Source: Vermamoeba vermiformis (lineage: Eukaryota). Taken from it: a DNA stretch of 64,000 nt. Below are positions 33,301 through 43,341 of the stretch, in pieces (the first letter of the stretch is position 1; the number at the start of each line of letters is the position of its first letter). A program made the translations under genes and the position numbers. Where the stretch lies: contig JBEWZL010000011.1 of the NCBI GenBank assembly GCA_045837725.1, positions 62,001-126,000 on the forward strand, given 5' to 3'. The notes under the pieces were generated by a model. It was not told where the DNA came from. It saw nothing but the letters and a program-made list of their open reading frames with translations, and ran no database searches.

Positions 33301-36300
33301 TGCGATGTCAGTGGGAACTTGTCAATCGCAACAAGTCTTGTTGGTACCATGTATTGAGGAAGTTTTGTCTTCAGTTCGCCAAGCACCATTGTCAGTTGTG
33401 ACACCTTCGATTCGTTGTTGATTGATGAATCGAACTCGACAAAGCCAACCAAGCATTGATCTCGTTGTTCTGACTTGTGAACGACAACACTTGACATCTT
33501 CACACCTGAGCATCCAAGAATTGCTGACTCGATCTCACCACACTCGATGCGGTACCCACGAAGCTTGATCTGATTGTCTGCACGACCCAAGAAGTGAATC
33601 TCGCCTGATGGAAGATACTTTGCCAAGTCTCCACTTGCATACAATCGCTTTCCCTCAGCATAAGGATGGTCCACGAACTTTGCTTGTGTTTGTTGAGGAT
33701 TGTTTGCGTACCCAAGAGCCAAGCAGTCACCACCAATGTACAACTGTCCTGTCACTCCAACTGGCACGATGTTACGATCTTCACCAAGGATTAACAGCTC
33801 GCTGTTGCGGATTGGTGCACCAATGGGAACGACATCATTTGCTGATCGTGTTTCAGGAAGTGTATTGCAGTCGTAGTAACTGCAAAGAACACATGCTTCA
33901 GTGGGCCCATAGTTGTTGATCACTCGTACTGATGGAAGTGATTTCTTTGTTCTGTCAACGAGCTTGACGTACAATGCTTCACCACCACATCCGACAAGTT
34001 GAACTGAACTGAACTTTGACTTTTCTGATGCGTTGATGTCAAAATAGTCCAAGATCATTGAAAGCATTGATGGAACCATCAAGATTGTTGTCACTTTGAA
34101 CGAGTGTGCTGTGTCGATGATGTATTGTGGATCTTTGTTGCCGAACGGTTTCGAGATCACCAATGGGCAGCCACGAGAGATACTCATCACAACATCATGC
34201 AAATGTGCATCGAAACTGAATTCGAACAGTGCCAAACATGCTCCTTGAACAGCATTAAAGCTCGATGACATTTCGTTGGCCAAGTTGCTCAATGCGATGT
34301 GAGGAACAACGACTCCTTTGGGTTTGCCTGTTGTTCCTGATGTGAAGATCATGTAGCATGGATCGAGTGCTCCAATCACTGGCAAGTTCACTTCCACTGG
34401 TTTCATCACTTCGTCCAACGAGATGACTAACGGCTTGACTGTCGTGATGTCCTTCAGCAAATCGATCTTGTTTTGTTGAGTGATCACAACACTCGCTCGT
34501 GCATCAGTCAGAATGCCTTTGATGCGTTCAATTGGATCTGAGCTGTTGAGAGGCAAGTAGACACATCCTGCACTCATGATGCCAAGCATCGATGTCGTGT
34601 AAACAACTGATCGATCCATGAGCACTGCAACAACTTGATGTTTGCCTGTCACGTGACTTTGAATCATCTTTGCAATTCCACGTGCTGCTGTTGAGAGTTG
34701 TTTGAACGTCAACGAAGTGTCTTTGTCTGCAACTGCGAGATTATTGCTGCGGTCTGGCAATGAGCCAAAGTTCATCACTCGTGCAAACATCGGAATAAAT
34801 GGTCCTACAATTTCGTCAGTACTGAAAAGTGTGGTTTACTAATGTGATCTTACCTCTTCTGGTAGGACCTCGACCACGAGTCACAAGTGACTTGCCACTC
34901 ATACGAATAATCTCGTTCACTTTTGCGTCAGCATTTGACTTGACCAACAGCGAGAGCAAGTTGAGAAGATCACTCTCGATTTGTTCGATCAGATCTTGTT
35001 TGTAAAGATCGGTGTTGTATTTGATGTTCAGAATCACTCCGTTGTTCAGTGTCACAAACCATGCTGTCAAATCTGTCATGCCTGCTTGCATGTAGTGAGG
35101 ATAGATGCGCTCTTTCATCACGAGTTCTTTTGTTGCAAGCTTGGGCAGCGAAGGCATATGGTAGTAGTTCACTTCGATTTGAAACAACGGACTTTGACCT
35201 TGTGCAGTGACGATCTTCTTCGTGTCCAAGATGTCTTTGATCAGTGCTGATGCTGGATACTCTTCGTTCTTCTTGCACGAGTCAACTGACTTCTTCAGCG
35301 ATGAAACGAAGTCTTTCAGACTCAATTCATGATCGACTTCCACACGAACTGGCATTGCATTCGATGTGAAGATGGTTGCATCGAGCCAGTCTTCCTTTCT
35401 GCAATGAAACGCTGTGCCAAGATTGAACTTGTTTTGTTGACTGTAGCGAGACACCACGATTGACCATGCTGCTGCAAGCAAGTGGAAGCGAGTGCTGCCG
35501 AGTTCACTTGACTTGTTCTTCAGTCCTTCCCAAAGCGACGATTCGAGTTTGACGATGCGTTCAGCACCATTGAATGTTGGTGCACCTCCTCGAGGCATGC
35601 TTGTCAGCATGTCCAAGCGATGATCGAACTCTCCCGAGGCAATCTTCGATGTCCAGAAGTCTTTCATTGCATTATTTGTTTGTGCGAGTTGTGTCTGACA
35701 TGCATTGAAGTGAAGCATCACATCGACTGCTGATGGACGAAGAGCGTGAGTGAGTTGCCAGAAGAAGTTGTCTTCGCGGGTGTAGAACTGTATCACGCGG
35801 GTAGGCAGCGCAAATCCGGAGAAACCATCGCTTGCCAAGTGATGAATGGTGACATGTACGGCTGTTGTGTTTGTATTTGCAATAGGGTAGATGTGAACCT
35901 TCAACAATCCGTTTGGCTCCGAAAGAATAAATGGAACTTTAGTACTCGCGGCGATCGCGGCCATTAGCTCTTCTTCTTTGACAGGCTCGTGCACGAAGAT
36001 TGATTTCTCAGCCATTGATCGCACAACACTGGAGCTTGCAATAACTGCGGTCTCGTTGTCTTTCAGTGTCATTGTGCAACTTGGGTGTTGAATTAGCACC
36101 ATTTGAACAGCATCGATCAGCTTGGCCTTGTCGACGACACCAGTGACGCGCACAATATCGGTGATGTTGTAGATTGACGATGATGGGTAGCGCTGTTGGT
36201 GAAGTGCAATCATCTTCTGGTTGATGTTCAGTGGTACTTCTCGCGAGTCTATTGTTGTCAAGTCAATGTTAGTAATCGCTCCTGTGAAACAAGTTCAAAC

Positions 36301-37791
36301 ATTCTTACCGAATTCAAATGATGGAGGTTTCGTTGTGTCCACTTGAATCTCATGTGACTCTGATGTGCTCGAGACAACAAACAACGACCGACTGTTGAGA
36401 CTTGTTGTTGGTGAGAACAAAGTTGATGGTCGAACGAAGTAAAGGAAGATCGATTGGTCTGCCAACCAAGAAGTCGATCATTGCATCGAACATGGGTGTT
36501 CCCATCGATGGCACCATGCGCACTTGACACACCAACGACTTGCCTGTCACACATCCGTCGAATGGTGACACGAGTGGAATCTTCAAGAGTCGTTCTGAAG
36601 GAAAGCTTGAGTTGCGGCTGATGAAGCCTTGAAGTCTCATCAACACGGGTGGCAGCTCTTCCATCATCAGTGTTGAAAAATCCGGTGTTGTTGGGTGCGG
36701 AAAGTCGACGATTAAAGCCGTTGGAAGGTCGTCGGAATGTTTCAACAGTTCTGTTAATTGACGAGTTAGACAATAAGAAATTAATCCGAATTTCTATTTA
36801 TACTTACTTGCAACGATGGTTTTACTGTAGTTTTGTTGAATGTACGCTGTTAGTTTTGGAAGATTTGAAGCAGGTCCTTTGACAACAAGAGTGTTCGTGT
36901 CAAGAATGACTGGAACTGAAGACGACGAGTCTGACATTCGACTCGCTGTCAGAATTTGCGGCCTTGACGCTCCTGTAACGATAAATGATGCTCCTTTTGA
37001 TGGCCAAGAGCCGCGTCCTATTAGATGCACATTAGATTTTTAGCAGATACTCAACGACAGTCCCGATTTAGAATCATTGCTGTGACTCAAAAATTGCAAT
37101 GTAAAACGTAACAAATTAACTTACGTTCCAATAATACTGCTACTTCGACTAATGTAATCAATGCTGCGACGGTGCTTGAAGAAAGTTCTTCGTCTGTCTC
37201 TGCAGATGCAATAATAAACTGAGCCAAATAGCTTGATAACGACAGTCCTGATGCGCCGACCAGTTGTTGTCTGAAGTCTTTGAGACTTGGGAGGGGTTGT
37301 TGTGATTGACGGGCATCCAAAAAGATACTCATGATCTGCACGAGTTCGCGAGAGAAAATCAACGCCAGAGTCTTATTGCTCGAAGGAGACCCTATATTTC
37401 GTTGCGTGAGTACTATTTGTGCAGAAAGTAAATTTGGAAGCTATTTTCGAAACGCAATCTTTTCAGCAACATTTACATGCTTGGCGAAGAAATTAGCCAG
37501 CAATTTAAATTGAATTGAATACGTGATTGTATCTTGACTAATGAAAATATTAAAAGTTACGTGTACTGGATTGCAATTTAAAGTCAGGTTGCTTTTACCT
37601 TCAAGTTCGTTGATAACTGTTTGGATCGCGTTCTGTACCAATGTATCGCCAGAGCACTCTTGAAGATACTCTTGAAGACTTGACACTATGCTACTGACTG
37701 GAAGTCCGGATGATACCAAGGTACGGCCAGATGACTGACGTGAAATGACCGAGCCATCGAGTTGGATCGCGTTTGGTGAAAAGGAAAACAT
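30375..37791 (-). CDS. NRPS copy 2: SAT/AT-like - C - A - T - TE(Cys) - Acg-like nitroreductase, ~2,311 aa; one apparent frameshift near 36392
   Basis: Exons 37791-37599, 37391-37125, 37017-36808, 36750-36309, 36248-34854, 34804-30375. A-T-TE-nitroreductase lie in one uninterrupted 1,471-aa ORF, so the TE-nitroreductase fusion does not depend on a splicing model. Confidence 0.93.
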
Positions 37792-39060
37792 CTTCTCTTG
37801 TGGCGATTCGCTCGTTTGAAAGTTGTCGAATAAATTCACGTTTCGGTCTGCTACTGCGACTTCAACGGACGAAAATGAAGCTGTTTTGCGATGTGGCGTT
37901 TTACCGAGAAACTCTTGTCGAAATGGCGGTCTCGTGCAGGTGACGCGGAAGTCCCGTTCATTTGTAGCATTGCAATCCTCGCTGCATTTTATCCATGGAA
38001 AATCCGAGTTTTCGCTCTAGAATTCCCTTTCACGGCCTTGTGTCACATCTACCGCGGTTCTGGTACATGAAGGAGACTGCCATTTCGGACAAGATTCTCT
38101 CTATGTTTAGGGTCCTGCTTCGTGGCATAACAGTAATTTGATATTGGGTATGCTTAATTCCACGCGCGGGCCCCGTTGTTGGGAGTTCGAATTGATCCGA
38201 TTAGATTCGTTGGATCTGCAGAATTTGGTCGTTGCTGCTGTTGTAACTGATTCTACTACCGTGCCAAATGCTGCAAATGCCGTCGGGATGCAAAAATAAG
38301 CGTACAGTCTCGTCGGTCCCGTTCCTTGTAGCATCGAAATCTCCGAAGGTTCAACATCGTGGTTTGTCCGTTCATCCGCATCAATCCGCATTGCGAACTC
38401 AGTGCCATAAACCTATGTTAATGAAATCGTTAGCTAAATATTGTTCGAATACGCACGAAAATCGTAGATTTCGGGTTTCACCAGCATTTTGTCACATCCG
38501 ACGTGACTAAATGCTTCAACCGCATAAAATTAATAAACTAAAATTAGCCATCTTAAAATAACCAATATTAGTATCCCTTCCAAATTGCTACGAGGACCAC
38601 TTCGCAATTAGTTAGATAGAGATCTTCGATGTCGCAAGCATCAAAAAAAATTGGACTTAATAAAAAGGTAAATAATTTAATATTTCTAATGACCTTTAGA
38701 CGACTTTTTATTTTGTTTTTTCGGGTGCGCAAATCCTTTTTGCCGATCGCAGATCAGAACAAATTACCAATTAATTTTAAAATTTGAGGCTCAATTAATA
38801 TGCATTGTATTCTCACTTACCAAGGCCAGCCAATTCGCACCCAGGCTTTGTCAAAGTTCTTCTCGAACTGCTTATCGGGATCCTTTAACCAAGGCTGTAC
38901 ATAGCAATGTACAAATAGAATTTCGGTATTTCCGTGTAATGGTTGCATTACTTAATTAGTAGTGTTGCTGAGTCGAAGCAAACAGAGAAAATTTTGTGCT
39001 GCACATTTTTAAATTTACGTAACGCCCTCCAAAGACAACCACAAGCTTTGAAGTTAAACC

Positions 39061-41926
39061 ATGCGTAAGTATTCCTAATATTGAATAGTAATTCCCACGT
39101 GCTTTCTGTTGTTATACCTTAAAGTATACAAACTTTTTTGCCTTCCGGCTTCTGCCGACATCCAAAAAATCTTAAACAAAATCTAATTTAAATTTCTTGA
39201 TTTATCACTTAAAGGGCACGTTATTTACGAATCATATTGTTGCCATAGCAATTTTTTAAATTTCTAAATTTAAATTTTTGTGAAAGTCAAAAAAGAAAAG
39301 AGCGTTGTCAAGAGCTCCCTCGAAGACTACCTTAAAGAGATTAAAGAAGACGCACATAAGTATCTCGTCATATGGATCTATCACTCTGACGCTAGTTTTC
39401 TGCATCTGTCCGAAATGATAGACGCAGATCTGAAGAAAAACCCCAAGAATCGAACTTCATTAATCAAAGTTGACTATACCGAGTTTATGAAGAGTGGTAT
39501 CAAGAAAGTAGAAGACTTAGTGTCCTCTTCAGCATCAACTAAGAGCGCATCTTCTCGTGTACGCCTTGTCTTGCAATTGACCGAGTTAAATCCACCAGAA
39601 CCTATCTTAGAGCTCATAGATAGAATGGTGGACTTGAAAATGACCGCTGTACCACTCAACGTAACCACTCCAAGCCCGTTTACGAAAGATCCTACTTTGA
39701 TCCGTCCTCTGCATCTGAAAGCCAAAGAAGCGAATTTAGAGTACTTCAACGTTGCACGAGAGCACTTCAGAATTGATCGATATTGCATGTTCCCTTTCTT
39801 GCTTTGGGTAAGCAGATCTGCTTCCGTTCGGTTGCAGTAAGCACTTTTGACTTACTTTATTTCGGTCTATTAGGTCAATTTGACTGGCGGCAAACCTAAC
39901 AACGACTACTTTGAAAATCAATTCAAGAATCGTGGTGTCGTCATCACTCAAAAGAATACCAGAGAAGAAGTACGTGCCGACATCCGGATGTCGTAAACAC
40001 AAAGACTAATGTCGTTCATTTGCGCAGATGGCCAAGTGGCTTAGTGTCAACACTCACTTGAAAGAAAACCCGCTTTTCCGTATTGCAGTTGACATCACAA
40101 TCGGTGGTAATGAACAACACCTCGGAATTGTAAGTGCCACATCCACTTTTCTTGAAGCGTGCAATATTAACCTTGCAAATGTTAGGTGCAAGAAGTTCGC
40201 GAAGGCTTGTCGATGAACGCTCCTATTTTGATCTACTACACAGACAGCAAAGCTTTGAAGAACGAGATCTACGACTTCAATCGTGTCAAAGCCAGCACTG
40301 CCGCTGTAAGTAGAACTGTCAATAGAATTATACTCGTGCAAACAATTGACAATCTTCTCTATAGGAAGACATGCTCGACTTGGGTACTATGGGTACTCTA
40401 GAGTGGGCTGCGGACAATGAACAAGAGCACGCGAATCAACCCGTTGTCGAAGGCTATTTCAACGTCTATTCAGCATCGTGCGCGAATCTTGCACCAAAGG
40501 ACTTAAGTAAGTGTCAGATATATTACATTATTGATGGTATTAATAATGAATCTAGACGGCTTGAGCGACCCGTACATCATCTTCACGGTGAATGACACGA
40601 AGAAAAATTTCCGTACTAAAACCAAGATGAAAACTTTGCACCCTGTCTGGCCCACGCTCAAATGCAGCTTGTAAGTGACCCTCTTAGCCTAGGCTTCTTG
40701 CTCACTTTTGCCTTTTTAGGAAAGCGAACTCGAACAGTAAAGTCAGCGTAGAAGTGTGGGACTGGGATATGCTCTCAAGAGACGGTGCGTACATTAATTT
40801 AGCGTGTTGTCATTCGTGTCAAAAGTGTCAAAAGTGTCAAACTCTAACCTGAGCATTGCAGACTTCGAAGGACAAATCGAGATTGACTTGCAAACTATTT
40901 GCAACAAAATGCAGAAAGGAACGATTGAACGTACCTACGCTCTCAAGCCTAAGAAGAGCTCGACAGAGAACGTGACGGGCACAATCACGTTGAGCATGGG
41001 ATTCTCGACTGAGAGTCAAGACTTGGACGAGAAGCCAAAGAAAAAGTCACGTGCGACATCGGTTTCCAAGACGAGCGACAAGAAGGTGACGAAGCCTGAG
41101 AAAGAAGCTGGTCCTCGCAGACACTTCGGCTTACCTTTGCAAACATCGTTTGAGAACGCCAAAAAAGACAACATTTTGCACGTGACAAAGAAATGCATCA
41201 ACTATTTAATGAAGCATGGTAAGACAGCCCACCGCCTATTATCAAGTGCTATGTGAGCTAGTTGCTAATATCTTGCTTAGTGACGGAAGAAGGTATCATC
41301 AGAAAGACTGGCAACAAGACTTTTATGTTGCAGTTAGCAGCGCAAATTGACGACGGTGAGGACGTGAATTTCGACGAAGTTTTGGAGCCTCACGATATCA
41401 ACTCGCTTATGAAAGTAAGTTGCAATGTACATAGCCGAGACCCATTATAGTTATAACACTTTATTTATAGTACTACTTCTCGTCGTTGCCCGATCGATTG
41501 TTCCCAGTCGCATTGTTCCCCGAACTTCGCGCCATTAACGTCAATACAGCTGAAGGCAAAGCTGAATTTGAAAAGGTTTGGAACAAACTACCTGCCGAGA
41601 ATAAGGTAATCATCATAGAATAGCGCTTTACTGGAAAAGCCAACTTTGGATCTGGTGCGATCTAGATCCGGATCAGCAATCTTACTGACTTTCCAAATTT
41701 TTACTAGGAAGTCTTCCTTGACTTAAGCCCTTTAGTCAACAAGGTCGCACAAAACACTGAGATGAATTTGATGACAATGGCTACCTTGCAAATCGTCTTG
41801 GCACCTACGCTCATCATTCCTGAAGACGTTCAAGACAATATGGAAGAATTTGGTCGAGCCTCTAAGGACATTTCAGATACGTTCCATTACATGTTTGAAA
41901 CTTTCTTACCAAGCAAAGCTAACTAA
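39061..41926 (+). CDS. C2 domain + RhoGAP protein with an uncharacterised alpha/beta N-terminal region
   Basis: C2: NLAPKDLNGLSDPY, KTLHPVW, VEVWDWDMLSRDDFEG. RhoGAP: FGLPL, EEGIIRKTG, PHDINSLMKYYFSSLPDRL, NLMTMATLQIVLAPTL. The start (ATG 39061, 4-nt first exon) is tentative. Confidence 0.85.
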
Positions 41927-42196
41927 GCGAAGTCTGCAATTAATTTGAACGATAAATTAGTATGGTTTATTATCCCTGCTAACTCTCTAATACGAACTAT
42001 TCAATCAATGCACGCAACTTATTCGTACAGGGCATGTTCATATGACTCGAGATGAAAAGTGAAGTGCAAGACTGCTCGCCTAACAAGAAAATCCAAACCA
42101 AAATTTTGCTCTTTTAAGCAATGCTAAGTAGAAACGTAGTGAACTGACTCCGTAAGTCAGAATTCTTTATAATTCTACACGCCATTCGAACAAACG

Positions 42197-43054
42197 TTAA
42201 TGCTTTTCGGGAGCATCATCGAAGTCAGTGGAAGTGATGATGTCCTTGTAGGTATCGAAGTCCGCGGATAATTGTGCAATGCTGCGTTGAATATTTTGAA
42301 GCGAATCTTTGCCGAGAGGAATGTGCAAAGGAGGCTTTTCTAATGCAAGAATCTTCTCAATCGCAATGGCCATTTTTGCTGGATCTCCAGGTGCTTGGCT
42401 GGCACTTGCTCCAATATGAGCCAAGATCTGCTTCACCATGTCATAGCCGTCCAGGTCCTCTGGCTTAGGCATCGTTGAGTTCTCTCCGATCTTGCTTCTG
42501 AACATGCCAGGCTCAACAATGATGACACGAATGCCATGCGGACCGACCTCTAGTGCCAGGGCCTCAGAAAAGCCCTCGAGTGCAAACTTGCTAGCGCTGT
42601 AGGCGCCCGTGGAAGGAAACGAAATTCTTCCAACTGTCGAGCTGATTTGAACAATCGTGCCGCTCTTCTGTTTGCGCATCGTGGGAAGCACTGCTTGGGT
42701 CATAAACACTGCGCCATAGAAGTTTGTCTCCATAAGGCGACGGATGTCTTCTTCTTTGAAATTCTCTACAACGTTCACGATTGTAAACCCAGCGTTGTTA
42801 ATCAAGACGTCGATTTTTCCAAATTTTTCGAGAGTTTTGGAAACTGCGCTCTCGATCGATGCGCGATCTGTCACATCCGTCTTCAAAGCAAGAGCTGTTC
42901 GTGGAAATCTCTTCTCAAATTCAGAAATTTTCGAAACATCTCGGGCAGTTGCTACTACGTGGTGGCCAGCGTTCAAGAAATGTTCAACTAGGGCAAATCC
43001 AAGGCCGCTAGAGCATCCAGTAATGAGAAAAACTTGCTTCGTTGAGGTTGACAT
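42197..43054 (-). CDS. Classical short-chain dehydrogenase/reductase, intronless
   Basis: TGCSSGLG, DVT, NNAG, YSASK and EPG motifs in one 285-aa ORF. Confidence 0.95.
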   Translation of the reverse strand: MSTSTKQVFLITGCSSGLGFALVEHFLNAGHHVVATARDVSKISEFEKRFPRTALALKTDVTDRASIESAVSKTLEKFGKIDVLINNAGFTIVNVVENFKEEDIRRLMETNFYGAVFMTQAVLPTMRKQKSGTIVQISSTVGRISFPSTGAYSASKFALEGFSEALALEVGPHGIRVIIVEPGMFRSKIGENSTMPKPEDLDGYDMVKQILAHIGASASQAPGDPAKMAIAIEKILALEKPPLHIPLGKDSLQNIQRSIAQLSADFDTYKDIITSTDFDDAPEKH

Positions 43055-43341
43055 GATGTTGTTTAGGGTAATAGTAAAATGTGCATTGAATTTTTCAGAA
43101 TAAATATTTTACGGGAGCGGGATCACTTGCCTATTTTAGAAAAAAGCGGCGACGATTCACACGCCGGAGAAACGGAATGATTTCCTTAAGATCAATAATT
43201 TGACCATACTTTGGCCATGGAGCCATGCTTTGTGACTGCTAAATTGGGTAGAGGTCCGAAACAGTGATATTCAATTTCGGTGCATTATCTTGCAAAATAA
43301 TTTATTTAGTTCATTTGTTTTCTTATTCTTATTACACATGC

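Larger units (their letters stand above)
22075..37882. repeat. Tandem duplication of the NRPS gene (units ~22075-29445 and ~30365-37882)
   Basis: Near-identical coding sequence at an offset of ~8.3 kb. Similarity extends upstream of both ATGs to GACGAAAATGAAGCT. Introns are more diverged than exons. Confidence 0.95.

Noticed and set aside
22086-37791. NRPS region as bacterial contamination
   Set aside because: The genes carry spliceosomal introns of the same style as flanking host genes and are contiguous with them.
38107-38510. Short ORFs upstream of NRPS copy 2
   Set aside because: No homology cues or coding-like bias; probably promoter or intergenic.
40816-40841. GTGTCAAAA x3 repeat
   Set aside because: Simple slippage repeat inside an intron of the C2-RhoGAP gene.
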